Positions 23,667 to 36,670 are shown, counted from the stretch's first letter. The stretch: DNA of 64,000 nt from Scenedesmus sp. PABB004 (GCA_014905635.1 JABVCE010000027.1:434001-498000), one strand, 5' to 3'. The notes: generated by a model from the letters alone, not told the origin. Numbers and translations are program-made.

Positions 23667-26600
23667 TCACAGCGCGCCCGCGGCGGCCGCGCCCTGCGCG
23701 GTGGCCCACGCCGCGAGCGTCGCCGCGCCGTAGCCGGTGGGCAGCGAGGCCTTCTCGTCCCACACCGGGCCTGCGGGCGGCGGCGTGCAGAGGCGGCGGC
23801 GCGCTCGGCCGCCGCGCCCGGGCGCGCTGGCAGGCCCGGCCGAGGGGGGCTCGGCGCGCGTGCTGCGTGCAGCGCGGCGCTGGGCCCCATGCACCCCCAT
23901 GCGCCCGCCCACCCGCGATGTCGAGGTGCGCCCACTCCACGCCCTCCTGCACAAACTCCTTGAGGAAGAGGGAGGCAGTGATGCTGCCGCCCGCGCGCCC
24001 GCCTGCGGGCGCCGCCCACGCGTGCGCGTGCGCGTGTGCCGTCAGCCCGATTTCGGGGGGGGGGGGGGACCGCAGCGGCGAGCGCGGCGCGCGGCGGCGT
24101 GCAGCTGTGTGGGCGGCCCTGCGTCCTGCGCCCTGCGCCCTGCGCGCTGCGGCCCACCCGTGTTCTTCATGTCTGCCACGCTGCTCTTGAGCTGCTCCGC
24201 GTAGCTGGGCTCCATGGGCATGCGCCAGACCTTCTCGCCCGCCGCGTTGGCCGCGGCCGCGAGGCCCGCGGCCATGGCGTCGCTGGGCGTGAAGAGGCCG
24301 CCGACCTCGCCGCCGAGCGCGATGATGCACGCGCCCGTCAGCGTGGCGATGTCGACGATCGACTGGCGCGGCGCGTGCGTGTGTGGGTGGGTGGGTGGGT
24401 GTGGGTGGGTGGGTGGAGAGGGGGGGGGGACGTGCACCGCGGCGAGGAGCCGGCAGGCGCAGCGCTGACTGCGTGCAGGCCCCGCGCCCCGCCCCAGCGC
24501 CCGGCCCGCCCCTCACCGTCGCGCCGGCCTTCTCCTGCGCGTACCACAGCGCGTCGGCGAGCGTGAGCCGGCCCTCCGCGTCGGTGCTGCGCGGGCGGGC
24601 GGGCGCGCGGGCGGCGGCGAGTCGGCGCGTCAGCGAGCGTGGCGCGCTGCGTGCCGCGCTGCGTGCCCCGCTGCGTGCCCCGCGCCCCCCCCCCCCCCCC
24701 CCACACACACACGGGCCCCCAGGCCCCCAGGCGGCGCCCCCCTCGCCCTCCCAGCCCCCCCCCTCCCTGCCTCACTTGTTGACCTCCACCGTCTTGCCGC
24801 TCGCCGCGGTGAGCACGTCCCCCGGGCGCAGCCCCGCGCCGTGCACCATGTTCTCACACGACGCGACGATGAAGTGAACCTTTGGGGGGCAAGGGGGGGG
24901 GGGGTGTGGCTGCCCGGAGTCTCGCCCCGCACGGCCCTGCCAGCCGCGCTTCGCCGCGCGTCGCGCCGCGCCCCGCGCGCACCTCGACGCCCGCCGGCTG
25001 CGTCGCCGCGAGGATGCGCGCCGCGCCGAGCGTCGCGGCGGCGCCGCCCTGCGGCGCGGCGGCACGGCGCGTGTCGGCCGAGAGTGTGTGAGTGCCGGGT
25101 GGGGAGCAACCCTCTCCGCCCCCTGCCCGCCCCTGCTGCAGCCCCCTGCCGGCCCCCTCCCCTGCCGCTTCCCTGCCTGCCGGCCCCCTGCAGCCCCCCC
25201 CCCCAACAAACACACACACACACACCCAGCGCCCCCCCCCCCCTCACACACACCCAGCCCCCCCCCCCCACACCCCCACCATGTCAAACTTCATGAGCTC
25301 GATCATGCTGCCCGGCCCAGCCTTGAGGTTGTAGCCCCCGCTGTCAAACGTCAGGCCCTTGCCAACCACAGCCACCTGGCGGCGACGCGCACGGCAGGAG
25401 AGTGGGGGTGAGGGGGGGGGGGGGGGGGCAGGGCTCGGCGCGCGTGCGGCGGCGGCAGCGGCGCGCACAGCGGGCGCGGTGCGGCGCGGCGCGGCGCGGC
25501 GCGGGCGGCCGCGCCTTCTTGCCGGCGCCGCCGGGCGGCGTGTATGTGAGGTGGATGAAGGCGGGCGGCTCCAGGCTGGCCTGCGCGACGCCCAGGAAGC
25601 AGCCCATGCCCAGCGCCGCGCAGCCGGCCGCGTCGAGCACCTGCAGGGTGAAGCGCTCCGGCGCGAGCGACGCGATGTGGCCCGCCGCGGCCGCGAGGTG
25701 CGTGGGCGTGCACACGTTGGGCGGAGCCTCGACCAGGAACCTGCAACGCGCCCGCGGCGCCGCGCCGCGCGTCAGGCAGCCGCCCGCCGCCCCGCCCCGC
25801 CCCGCCCCGCCGCGCCGCGCCGCGCCGTGCGCCGCGCCGCCGCGGTGCGGCCGCACCGCGTGAGCAGGTTGCCCGCCGCCAGGCCCGCGCCGTGCGCGAG
25901 CGCGCCCGACAGCTCGGCCGGCGGCGCGCCGAGGCCGAGCAGGTGCAGCGCGGCCAGCTTGGAGGGCTTGGCCTTGGACTTGAACCGACTCGACTCGTAG
26001 CACCCCACCAGCATGCCTGGGCGCCGGCGTGGCAGCAGACGGCCGCGGGGGCGGGCGGAGCGGCGGCCGTGAGCGCGTGCGAGCCGCAGCGCGGCGCCAG
26101 GCGGCGTGCGGCGCGCCCGCGCCGCTGGCGGGCGCCCGGCGGCCAGCGCCGCACCCGCGGCGAGGCGCGTGGCGGCCTCGGCGCGCTGCGCCGCGGCGGG
26201 CGGCGCGAGCAGCGCCAGGCCGGCGCTGGTGGCCTTCTCCGCCTTGGCCAGCTTGGCCAGGCCCGCGCCGGCGGCCTGCGGCGCGGGGGCAGGTATTGTG
26301 CGTGGGCGCCGCGCCGCGGCCCGAGGCGCGCGCCGCGGGCGCGCGGGCCGCACCGCCCAGGGGTTGGGGCCGTAGCGCTCGCCCGCCGGCTTGGCCAGGC
26401 CCTCCGCCTTGCCCAGGCCGAGCAGCGCCACGTACTTGGGCCCCGCCCCGCCGCCGAGGCGCAGCGCGCGGCTCGCGGAGCCGGGCTTGCCCTCGAAGTC
26501 GCCGCCTGCGGCGGGGGCGGGGGCGAGCGGCGTGCGCGGTCGGCGGCTGCCCGCGCGCCCCGGCGCCGGCGCCGCCGCCAGCTGCCGTTGCGCTCTGCGC

Positions 26601-27004
26601 ACCTGCGAGGAGCTCGCCCAGCGCGCCGCCCAGCGCCTTGTCCAGGTCGGCCAGCGGCGCCGCCTTGATGGCCACCACCTTCTCGCTGCCGGCCGCGTCG
26701 CCGCCTGCGGCGCCGCGCGCGGTGCGGCCGGCGGCGCGTCTGTGCGACCGCGGGCGCCCCGCTGCCTGCGGCGCCGCGTGCTGCGCCCCCCGCCCTACGC
26801 CGCCCTGCCGCGCCGCGCCGCACCGCTGCTGCTGAGGTCGTCCTCGGTCACCGCGACCGCCAGCAGGTCGCCTGCCCAAGCGGCGGGCGCGTCGGCGACG
26901 ACCGACACGGTCGGCAGGCCCTCCGGCTCAAACGGCACCTTGCTGTCAAAGCCCGGCACCGTGGCCACCGGCATTGCGCCCAGACGCGAGGAGCTGCTGG
27001 ACAT
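23667..27004 (-). CDS. Leucyl aminopeptidase (M17 family); may extend further upstream
   Basis: [22 protein letters not shown]...MKFDM, CENMV...PGDV...[44 protein letters not shown]. Confidence 0.96.
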
Positions 27005-27759
27005 GGCGCCTGCGGGGGGCGCGGCAGGCGCGGCTGAGCGCCGCGGCCGCTGCGGCCGACAGCGCGCGGCGCCGCTGCTGCCGCGCCGCCGCGAGCCGCC
27101 GCAGGCGCGCGCGCTGCCAATTGATCGCGCCGACGGCGCCTGCAGCCACTCACGGCGCCGGAAGGCGGCCAGGCAGGGCTGGGACAGCGGTGTGGCGGAG
27201 AAGGCGCCCCGCCTGCGATGCGTGGTCGCACGCGCCCCGGTGAGGCGCGGCGGGTGGCGCATGACGCACGACGGCGCAGCAGGAGCGCCCCACCACCGCT
27301 CACCGGTGCGCGGCCAGCTGAGCGCCCACGCGCAGGGTGGCGGCGGCCAGCATTCGCGCGTCAGCAGCGCAGCGCTGCTCGGAGCGACCTTGAGGACCTG
27401 GGGGGACGAGGGCTGGGAGCTGGCGGTGGACGGAAGCTGTCGCTGCAGCCTCCTGCGAGCTGCGCGGCTCGCGCGAGGGGGCGGTTCGGGCGGTTGCGAG
27501 ACCCGGCACGCGTCACACGGCCGAAAAAAACGCCCGCGCTCTCTCAGCAAGTCCAATCTTCTTCGTCAAACGCCACCCCAGCCAGCACCTCACTAAACGG
27601 ACCATGTTCTGGGTTCTGGACGCCGCGCGCCGGCCGCGCGCAGAGGGACGCCCCGGCCGGCGGGGCTGCAGCAACCAGACGCGCGCGCGCGTGCGCAACA
27701 AATGGAGGCGATTGGGTTCACTGCCATCAGTGCAGTGCGCGCCGCGCCGCACTGCGCGG

Positions 27760-29396
27760 TCAAGCCGCCGCGGGCGCGGCCGGCGCGGCAGCCGCCGGCT
27801 TGGCGACGTCGCCGGACGGCGACGACACGAGCACGACCACGGGCCCGGACGACGTGCGCCGCCGCGAGAGGCTCGAGCGGCGCACGCCGCCAAAGATGGC
27901 GCTGCCCGCGAGCGCGGCCTCGACGTCAAACGGCGAGTCGAGCTCGTCCGCCTCCGACTCCTCCTCCGCCTCGGCCGCGGCGCCGGGCGGCAGGCCCGCC
28001 GCGGCGGCCGCGGCGGCCGCGGCGTCGCGCTTCTTCGCGTGCCACTGCAGCAGCAGGAAGGCGGTCATGACGACGATCACGAGCGCAAAGCCCGCCCAGC
28101 TCAGCGCGCTCGTGGGGACCTCGCGCAGCAGCACGACCGAGCCGACGATCGACGACACGAGGCGCAGGCTCATAAACACGCTCACGAGCGCCGCGCCGAG
28201 CGCGCGGGAGCAAAACTGGAGCCAGATGTTGGCGAGCGTGTAGATGATGAGCCCCGTGAAGATGAGGACCGCCCAGTCCTTGCCGCTCATCGCGGGCACC
28301 CAGCCCCAGTCGAGGCCCTCCACGATGAGCGAGAGCGGCACAAACACGAGCATCGCGACGTTGCGCTTGCCCCACAGCACCGCCTCGCCGCTCACGAGGT
28401 GCCGCGTCACCTGCGGGCCGCGCCGAGCGCGGGCGTCAGGCGCGGCGCGCGCGGCGCGCTGGTGGCGCGCTGGCGCGGCACGGCGGCGGCGTTGCGGCGG
28501 CGTGGTGCCCGCTGGTGTGGGGTGTCACCTGGATGATGACGAGGTAGGCGCTGAGCAGCAGCGTGGACGTGGCGGCGAGGGCGAGGCCGACGACCATGTC
28601 GCGCGTGGTCATGATGTTGGTGGCCTTGGCCTTGCCCGCGGCCTTGTCGGAGAGCCACTGCCCCGTGATGACCATGACCGCGCCGCCGAGCGAGAGCAGC
28701 AGCGCGGGCCAGAGCTTGGGCGGCGTGGGCTGCTTGAGCAGCGCGCGGTTGGCGAGCGCGGTGCAGAGGGGCGTGAACATGAAGACCATCTGCGCGAGGT
28801 AGGCGTTGGCAAAGCGGCTCGCGTAGACCTGCGTCAGCGCCTGCATGCTTATGATGCCGCCGATGCCCGTCGCCAGCGCTGTCGTGCGCGCGTACGCGCG
28901 GAACCGCACGCCCAGCGGCGCCGGCGGCGCCGCCGGCTCGGCCGGCGCCGGCGGCGCCTCGGCCGCGGCCGCCTCGGCCGCGGCGGCGCGCCGCGCGCCG
29001 CGCGCCGCCCACCACCGCGCGACCGCGGTGGGTATGGTGCAGAAGATGATGAGCCCCGGCCAGGCGATGAGGTTGATCGCCACCATGAGCTGCAGGGTCG
29101 GGATCGGACGCTGCACGCTCGTCTGCGCGGCGGCACGGAGCCGGTGAGCGGCGCCGCGCTGCGGCGCCGCGCTGCGGCGCCGGCTGCCCACCACCCAGCG
29201 CCCGGCGGAGGTGGCGGGGGGTGTCGCCGCACGGCGTCTGCACGCGCACCTGCAGATAGCGCGTGCAGACGCCGTAGAGGCCCCAGGTCAGCTGCACGAT
29301 CGCGGCGGCGGCGAGCCAGGCGCAGAAGCGGGCCAGAGTCATCTTGGGCAGCTCCGCCGCGGCAGCCAGGCGCGCCATGCGGCCTTTGGTCGCCAT
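27760..29396 (-). CDS. EamA/DMT-family transporter
   Basis: About 10 hydrophobic helices in two EamA-like halves (QLTWGLYGVCTRYLQ; AQMVFMFTPLCTALANRALL; LQFCSRALGAALVSVFMSLRLVSSIVGSVVLLRE); 3 exons. Confidence 0.85.
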
Positions 29397-29793
29397 GGCG
29401 GCGATCGACGGCTCGCGGAAGCCGCGGGGCGTTCGTGCGCTGCGGGGGAAGGGCGTAAATGCGTCGGGGCCGGCGGTGCGCGGCGGGTGGTTGTTCCGCG
29501 CTCTCGCTCTCGTGCTGGTGTGGTGTGTCTGGGCGGGAAGGCGCTTATGGGCCGGCGGGGCGCAGCAAAAGCGAGGGTGTCACTCGGCCCAAAAGGTATT
29601 TGCTGTGTGACGCGCTCGGCAGCGCATTTGCAGCCCGCGCCTCTTAAGCGAGCTCTCCCCTCGGCCAGAGCCACACCAAGCAGCACGAGACCGCGCACGA
29701 GAAGCCACGCCAACAGCGACGACGCCTTCAGACCACCGCCGACACCAGGCCAGAGTCCCCCGAGACCCCAGTAGCGCCCCCGATAGACGCACC

Positions 29794-31972
29794 ATGAACC
29801 CCTCCACCCTCGCCGACCTGCGCGTGGTCGTGTGCGGCAGCGGGCACGGCGGTGAGCGTCCCGGGCACCGGCGATGGGGCCGCCTGCCGGCGCAGCGCCG
29901 GCGCCCCGCGCCGGCCTGGCGCTGACGGACCGTGCAAGGGGCCCGCCGCGCGAACGCACCGGCCGCCGCGCAGCCTCGCCGCGCCTCACCGCCGCGCCGC
30001 CGCTGCCCCGCCGCCGCCCCGCAGCCAAGACGGCGGCCGCCATGGCCGGCCGCGTGACCAAGCACACCTCCATCCTGCTCAGCGACACCCCCCGCTACCG
30101 CGCGCGCGCGGCCGAGCTGTCGGCCGCCATCGCGGCGCACGGCGGCCTCGCCGCGCACGCCGTCACCGTGGGCGACACCCCCATCGTGGGGCACATCGCT
30201 TCCGTCACGTGCGACGCGGCCTCGGTCGTGCCCGACGCGGACGTGCTGATCGTGGTGCTGCCCGCGGACGCGCACGAGGGCATCATCGCCGACCTGGCGC
30301 CCCACCTGCGCAGCCAGCTCGTGGTCTTCATGCCCGGCACCAGCGCGCTCGACCTCCTGCTCCTGCGCCGCGCGCTCGGCAAGCGCTGCGAGGAGGCCTT
30401 TGCCGCGGGGCTCACGTACGCCGCCATCAAGGTGCGCGCGCGCCGCGCGCACCGCGCACCGCGCCGGGCCGCACGCCTGCGCGCGCGCGTCGGCGGGCCC
30501 CCGCCCTGACGCGCCCGGCCGCGCGCCGCCGCAGACGCTGCCGTGGGCGACGCGCGAGCGCGCGATCGCGGAGGTCCACATGCGCGGCGTGAAGGGCCAC
30601 GTCAACGTCGCGGCCTTCCCCTCCACGCCGATGAGCCGCTTCACCATCACCGCCGTGCTCGACGCGCTCTGCGACGCGCCGGGCGCGCAGACGCGCTTCC
30701 AGGTGGAGGACCACTGGCTCGAGGCGGTGCTGGGCATCCCCTACAACTACGGTGGCAACCCCATCCTCCACACAGGTGACCGCGCAGCGCCGCCGCGCAC
30801 CCCGCCGCCGCCCGCCCGCCGCGCCCGCGCCCGCGCACGCGCACGCGCGGCCTCCCCCGCCCGCCCGCGCTGACGCCCCCGCTTCCGCCGCCCCCGCCCC
30901 CGCCGCCGCCGGCGCGCAGGCATCATGTATGCGCAGTGGAAGGACTGGGCGGGCGAGGAGCTGGACGAGCCGCCCAAGTTTTACCACGGCACGACGCAGT
31001 TCACCGCCGACACGCTCGAGGCGCTCTGGTCCGAGCTGCACGCGACGCAGGCGGCGCTCGCGGCCGCGCTGGGCCTGCGCGAGCCGCCGTCGCGGCTGGC
31101 GCACGTGCGGAGCATGATGGTCAGCAAGTATGAGGCGGTCGTGGCCGACCCCTCGACCCTGCTCGCCGCGCTGCACAGCAACGACGCGTGGAAGCACAGC
31201 CTGCACCCCCACAAGCGCCTCGACAACGGCAAGGTGCGACACGCGCTGAGGCGCGGGCGGCGGCCCGCACGCGCGCGCGCGCGCCGGCGGCGGCCAGCGC
31301 GCAGCACGCGCGCGCCGCCCGGCAGCCGTGGCCCCCGCCTCACGCCGCGCCGCGCCGGCCCAGGTCGTGCCCGACCTGCACAGCCGCTACCTGAGCGAGG
31401 ACATTCCGTTTGGCCTGGTGGCCATCAAGGGCGTCGCGACGCTGCTGCGCGTGCCCACGCCCGCGATCGACCGCGTCGTCGTGTGGGCGCAGCGCCACCT
31501 GGGCCGGCAGTACGTCGACCCCGACACCGGCGCGCTGCTGGACAACGAGTGGGTCGCGAAGAGCGGCGCGCCGCAGCGCACGGGCGCGAGCACGCCCGAG
31601 GAGCTGCTGCAGTTTGTGCCCGCGGGCGTGCTGATCACCAACGCCGCCGCGGTGGCCCTCGCGACCACGGCCTCGGTCGGCGCGCTGGACGAGGTCCTCT
31701 CCTCGGCCGCGTCACTCATGGGCGCGCTCTCGCTGGGCCGCCCCGCCAAGGCCGGCGCCGCCGGCTCCGACGACGACGACGCCAGCGCGTTTGCGATCGC
31801 GTGCGACGCGGCTGGGGTCGGCGTCCTGAGCGACGGCGTCATGCGCGCGCTGAGCGGGTCCAGGGACGCCGTCAGCCCCTTTGCGGCCGCGTTCTGCCAG
31901 CTGCGCAGCGGCAGCTTCAGTGCGTTTGCCAAGCGCGTCGCCAGCGGGCCGCTGGGCACGGTTGCGGAGTGA
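29794..31972 (+). CDS. NAD(P)-dependent opine dehydrogenase (octopine/nopaline/tauropine DH family)
   Basis: Rossmann VVVCGSGHGA, DADVLIVVLPADAH, TLPWATR, NPILHT/GIMYAQWKDW.G.....P.FY.G, PDLHSRYLSEDIPFGLVAIKGVA.LL.VPTPAID.VV.WAQ, GAPQR.G. Confidence 0.88.
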
Positions 31973-32700
31973 CGCGCGGGCCTGCTAGATTGTCGGCGAC
32001 GACACACACATTGCCGGGGGCCGGCCCCCGGGTGCGCTCCCAGTGGCATTGCCGCCAGCCGCCGGAGGCTGAGGCCGCTGCACATCGCGCGCGCGCATGT
32101 GTCAGGCTGCAGCAGCCGCGGGCTGTGCAGGCGGGTTAGATTTACGTGTGTGGGGATGGCCGGCTCTCAGCTTTGGGGAGTTCAACAGGCCGCCTGGAGG
32201 GGGACGTTGATCCAACGCACCGTGTGCAGCTAGCCTGTGCTGGCACTCACTCTCGTTGCGTGAGACTGGCTTTGAACCGGGCGGACCTAGCTGACCTGAT
32301 CTGGATCCGCTCTGCTGGCAACACTGCTGCGCAGCACATCTGATGAACGTTGGCGTGGCCCCGCGGCGCGCGCGTGATGCGGTTGGCGTTGTTGCGCTGC
32401 AGTCGCAGTCACTCGGCGCATTACCCGAGGCAACCGCGTGAGCGGCGACCCGGCCCGCGCGCCGATCCGTGCGCAGCTCTCTCCCCGTCCCAGTGCTCGC
32501 GCAAAGCTGGCAGTGCTCCCGATCGGCCCTCGGCCACCCCCGCCGCGCCAGCTGGTCGGCGCGCCCCACTAGTACTCAGCACTACTCAGCACAGGGCCGC
32601 AGCCGCGGCCGCGGCCGCAGCCGCGTTCGTGCAGTGCACAGAACACGATTCTTCGCGCTGCTGCGCCCCGCCCCCGCCCCCGCGCTGCCTCGCGCGTCGC

Positions 32701-35305
32701 TCATGCGGCCTTGCCCGCCTTGCCGGCCTTGCCCGCCGCGGGCGGCGCGTCGGGCGCCGCGTCTGGCGCGGCGCCGAGGGCCTTGAGGCAGGCGGTGAAG
32801 TGGCGCAGGATGGCGGCGAGGCTCGGGTGGCTCACGTAGCGCACGCCCGCCTTGGCGCACTCGTCCGCCACGACCGCCGCGATGGCGGGGTAGTGCCCAA
32901 ACGCCACCGCGGGGAACAGGTGGTGCTCGATCTGGAGGTTCAGCCCGCCCGTGAAAAAGTTGGCCAGCGAGCCGCCCCAGTTCGCGCTCGCGAGCACCTG
33001 CGCCGCCGCCCAGTCGCGCGATGCGGGGTCCTGCGCCAGCACCTGGCGCGGCGCGGCGCGGCGCGGCGGCGCGGCGGCGCGCGGCGTGGGCGCGGCGCGG
33101 GCGCGGGCGCGGCGGCGCGCGGCGCGCCCGCGGGGGCGCCGGCGGGCCGCACCTCCTGCGTCGCCTCGCCGCCGGGCAGGCCCGGCTTGTTCTCTGCCAC
33201 GTTGTGCGACACAAAGAACATGAGCGCCAGGAGTATGGACAGGCTCACGCTGCAGCAGCACAGCGGCGGCGGGCGGCGCGCGGCGGGGCGGGTCGGCGCC
33301 CGCCCCGCGGCGACGCGCTCCCTGCCCGCCCCGCGGCGCGGCGGTCCGCACCTGTAGCCCACGGCGCCGGCCAGCGCGGCGGTGGGGCCGTGCAGGAGCG
33401 CGGGCAGCAGCAGCAGCAGGGCGTAGTGCACCAGCTTGCCCACCACGACGCTCGCCTTCTCTGCGCGCCGCGCCGGCGCGGCGGCGCGCGGGGCAATGAG
33501 CGGCGGCGGCGTGAGCAGCGGAGAGGCGCGGCTGGTGTGTGGGTGTGGGTGTGTGTGTGTGTGGGTGGCGGGGTCCTGCGCCTGTGCGCCGCCGCCGGTG
33601 CCGGTGGCGGTGCCGGGTCCGCACCCGCCGCGCTCGCGCCGGTGATGGCGGCGCCGACGGTCGCGCCGCGCGCGAGCGCGCCGAGGTCGCCCGCCTGGAA
33701 TGCCGCGTGCATGAAGGGGTACGCCGCCCACACATACACGTGCTGCCACGCGTGCCACGCGCGGCGTGGGAGCCGCGTGTCAAAGCGCAGCAGCGGCCAC
33801 ATGCTGCACACGTCCTCGTCGAGCGCCGTGTCGTTGGTGTGGATGTGGTGGGACACCTGCGCCCCCGACCGCCGCGCGCGCCGCGCCGCGTCACGCGCCG
33901 CGCAACACTGCCGCGGCGGGGCGGGCGGCTGCCCCGCGGCTCAGGTGACATGCGCGGCGCGGCGGCGGCGTGCTGACCTGGTGGTGGTAGCGCCACATGA
34001 GGCTGGAGCCGCCGATGAGGTCGTCGCACAGCCCCAGCGCCAGGTTGGCGGCGGGGTGCGTGGACATCGCGCCTGGCGGCGCGGCGCGGCGGAGGCGGGC
34101 GGTCGGTGGGCCAGGGCCGGCGTCGGCGCTGCTGCGGCGGGCACTGCCGGGCGCGCGCGCGGGCCGGTCGGTGCGGCAGGGCGCGGGAGGGCGTCAAGGC
34201 AAGCGCACCGTGGTTGCCGCAGTGCTGGATGGTCACGCCGATCCAGCCGCCAGCGATGCCTGGGGCGTGCCGCAGCGCACGCGGCGTGGGCGGCGGCGCG
34301 GCAGTCGCGGCGCGGCATCCCCTTGCCCACGCGCGCCGCTCGGGGCCGCGCGGGGCCGCGCGGCCGCCGGCGCACCGAGCAGGAGGCCCGCCGCGAGGCC
34401 GGTGTGGCGCGCATAGATGAGGTACGCGGCCACCGCGAACGACAGCACCGCCGCGACGGCGCCCTCGCTGCCGCGCCGGTGCGCGCCGCGCGCCTCGCCG
34501 CCCTGCGCGCGCGGGCCCGCGGGGGCGGGTTGAGGCCGGGGCGGGGGTGTGTGGTGTGTGTCTGGGCAGGGGGGGGGGGTCGCCGACACATGCGCTGTGC
34601 GGCGTCGGCGGCGCCCGGCCGACCGCTCCCGGGCAGCCCTCGGCCCCTCAGGACCCCGCACGCACGACCGCACGCACGCACGCCCGCCCGCCCGCACCTG
34701 AAAGACCTCCTTGCGCACGCGTGTGCGGATGGCGCGGTAGAGGGGCGAGTCAGAGGGGTAGGGCGCGCGCGGGACACGGGCCACGGGGAACCCCGCCAGC
34801 ACGGGCAGCTTGTCAAACGTCTGCGCCGCGAGCTCGCAGCGCAGGTGGTAGCTCTCGAACAGCGCCGTGCTGCGGCGCCGCGCGGCGGGCGTGCGGCCGG
34901 CGTGAGGTGGTCGGGCGCGGTGGTGGTTTCGCTTGCGCGACGACGGGCGGCGGCGGCGGCGCACCAGTCGCGGCCGACCGCGAGCGCGATGAGCCACTCG
35001 CCGCCCGGGTGGCGGGACATGAAGTCGCCGATGTCGTAGGCCTTGCCGCGATACACCGTCCACCGCACGCCCGCCCAGCGCGGGTCGCCGAGCACGTCGG
35101 CGGGCGTGGCGGAGCCCGGCGGCGGCGACGGCGCCATGGCTGCTGTGGATCTGGTGCGACGAGGTGCGGGGCGGGCGCGTGATCGGCCTGAGGGGCCCGG
35201 GAGCGCGCCGCTGCGCCGCTGGGCTGCGGGCGCGAGAGCCGCTGCCTCCGGGGTTGCCGGGCGGGAGCATCTGCCGCCCTGCTGCAGCTGGGAGGCTGGC
35301 GGCAT
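32701..35305 (-). CDS. Cytochrome-b5-fused front-end fatty-acid desaturase, delta-4 type (start at 35305 or 35137)
   Basis: b5 motif HPGG, TALFESYHLR; His boxes QHCGNHG, WRYHHQ/VSHHIHTND and QIEHHLFP; closely resembles my recollection of the Chlamydomonas plastid delta-4 desaturase. Confidence 0.92.
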
Positions 35306-35731
35306 AGGTCATGTGCGCACCTCCGGCGCACGGCAAGCGCAGACCCACCCGGGCGGCTCTCCACCGCAGTGATGGCCCCGCCCGGAGCCGCGCCCCCGCT
35401 GAGCCCGAGGCTGGACGGCCCAGAGACGACAGGAGCGCACACGTGAAGCGGCGAGCGCTGCGCCTGGCCCGTTGAGGAAGGCCGCGCGGCGGCCGAGCGG
35501 GCGCGCGGCGGTGCGTCGCGACGGCGGAAAACCGCCGCCGCGGACTGCCTGCCCGCGCGCCGTTTGCCCTCCACACTTCACCAGATCACCACATCAACGT
35601 CAGCGGCAGCGGAGGTAGCGGCGGCACTCACAGCGGCGGCGGCAGCGGCAGCGGCAGCGGCAGCGGCGGCGTCTGCGGCGGCGGCACGCACACAGCGGCC
35701 GCAGTGGGTGGCGGCCGCAGCGGGCGCCGCG

Positions 35732-36667
35732 ATGGCGGCAGCAGCTGACGCCGCGGGCGCCAGTGTCGGCGCTGGCGGCGGCGCGGCGGCGCACGCGCTC
35801 GCGCGCTTCGGCCTGGCGGGCCGCACCGCGCTTGTTACGGGCGGCACGAAGGGCATCGGCCGCGCGACGGCGGAGGAGCTGGCGTCGCTCGGCGCGCGCG
35901 TCTTTGTGTGTGCGCGCAGCGCGGCCGACGTCGACGCCACGGTCGCGGCGCTGCGCGGCGCGGGGCTCGACGTGCAGGGCGCGGCCGCGGACGTGTCGCA
36001 GCGGGAGGAGCGCGAGGCGCTCATGCGCGCCGTGGGCGCCGCGTTTGGCGGCTCCCTGCACATCCTCGTCAACAACGTGCGCCCCGCGGGCGCCACGCCG
36101 CGCGCCCGCCGCGCGCGCGCCCGCCGGCCCACGCGCGCCGCCGCTGCCGCCGCCGCCGCGCGCCGCCAGGTCGGCACCAACATCCGCAAGCCGGCGGCCG
36201 CGTTCAGCGCGTCCGACTACGCCGCGATCATGTCGACCAACCAGGAGAGCGCGTTCCACCTCTGCCAGCTCGCGCGCCCGCTGCTCGTGGCGTCGGGCGA
36301 CGGGGTCGTGTTGTTTGACAGCAGCGTCGCGGGCGGGCCGACGGCCATGTTCAGCGGCGCGCTCTACGCGATGACCAAGGCCGCGCTCAACCAGCTCACG
36401 CGCGTGCTCGCGGTCGAGTGGGCCCGCGACGGCGTGCGGGTCAACGCGGTCGCGCCCTGGTACACAGCCACTCCCCTCGCGCTCCAGGTGCTCGCGGACA
36501 CCGAGTTTGCGGCCAAGGTCGAGGCCGCGACGCCGATGGGCCGCGTCGCGCAGCCGCGCGAGGTGGCGGCCGTGATCGCCTTCCTCGCCTCGCCCGCGGC
36601 GTCGTTTGTGACGGGCCAGATCCTCGCGGTGGACGGCGGGTACTCGGTCAAGGGCTTCTGGCCCTGA
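35732..36667 (+). CDS. Tropinone-reductase-like SDR
   Basis: ALVTGGTKGIG, LHILVNN/VGTNIRKP, YAMTKAALNQLT..LAVEWARDGVRVNAVAPWY..TP, TGQILAVDGG. Confidence 0.94.
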   Translation: MAAAADAAGASVGAGGGAAAHALARFGLAGRTALVTGGTKGIGRATAEELASLGARVFVCARSAADVDATVAALRGAGLDVQGAAADVSQREEREALMRAVGAAFGGSLHILVNNVRPAGATPRARRARARRPTRAAAAAAAARRQVGTNIRKPAAAFSASDYAAIMSTNQESAFHLCQLARPLLVASGDGVVLFDSSVAGGPTAMFSGALYAMTKAALNQLTRVLAVEWARDGVRVNAVAPWYTATPLALQVLADTEFAAKVEAATPMGRVAQPREVAAVIAFLASPAASFVTGQILAVDGGYSVKGFWP

Positions 36668-36670
36668 TGA

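Noticed and set aside
19143..25270. G/C homopolymers and (CA)/(GT) runs at ~19143-19185, 24683-24711 and 25196-25270
   Set aside because: Ordinary intronic simple repeats, with no evidence of telomeric or other specific function.
27760..31972. Agrobacterium T-DNA-like insertion (opine gene, with a cytokinin gene in the same window)
   Set aside because: Both genes have host-type introns and composition, LOG is ~15 kb away and is not ipt, and no T-DNA border repeats were recognised.
32701..36667. Tropane-alkaloid or other secondary-metabolite cluster around the tropinone-reductase-like gene
   Set aside because: TR-like SDRs are widespread, no scaffold-forming enzyme is present, and the neighbour is a membrane-lipid desaturase.
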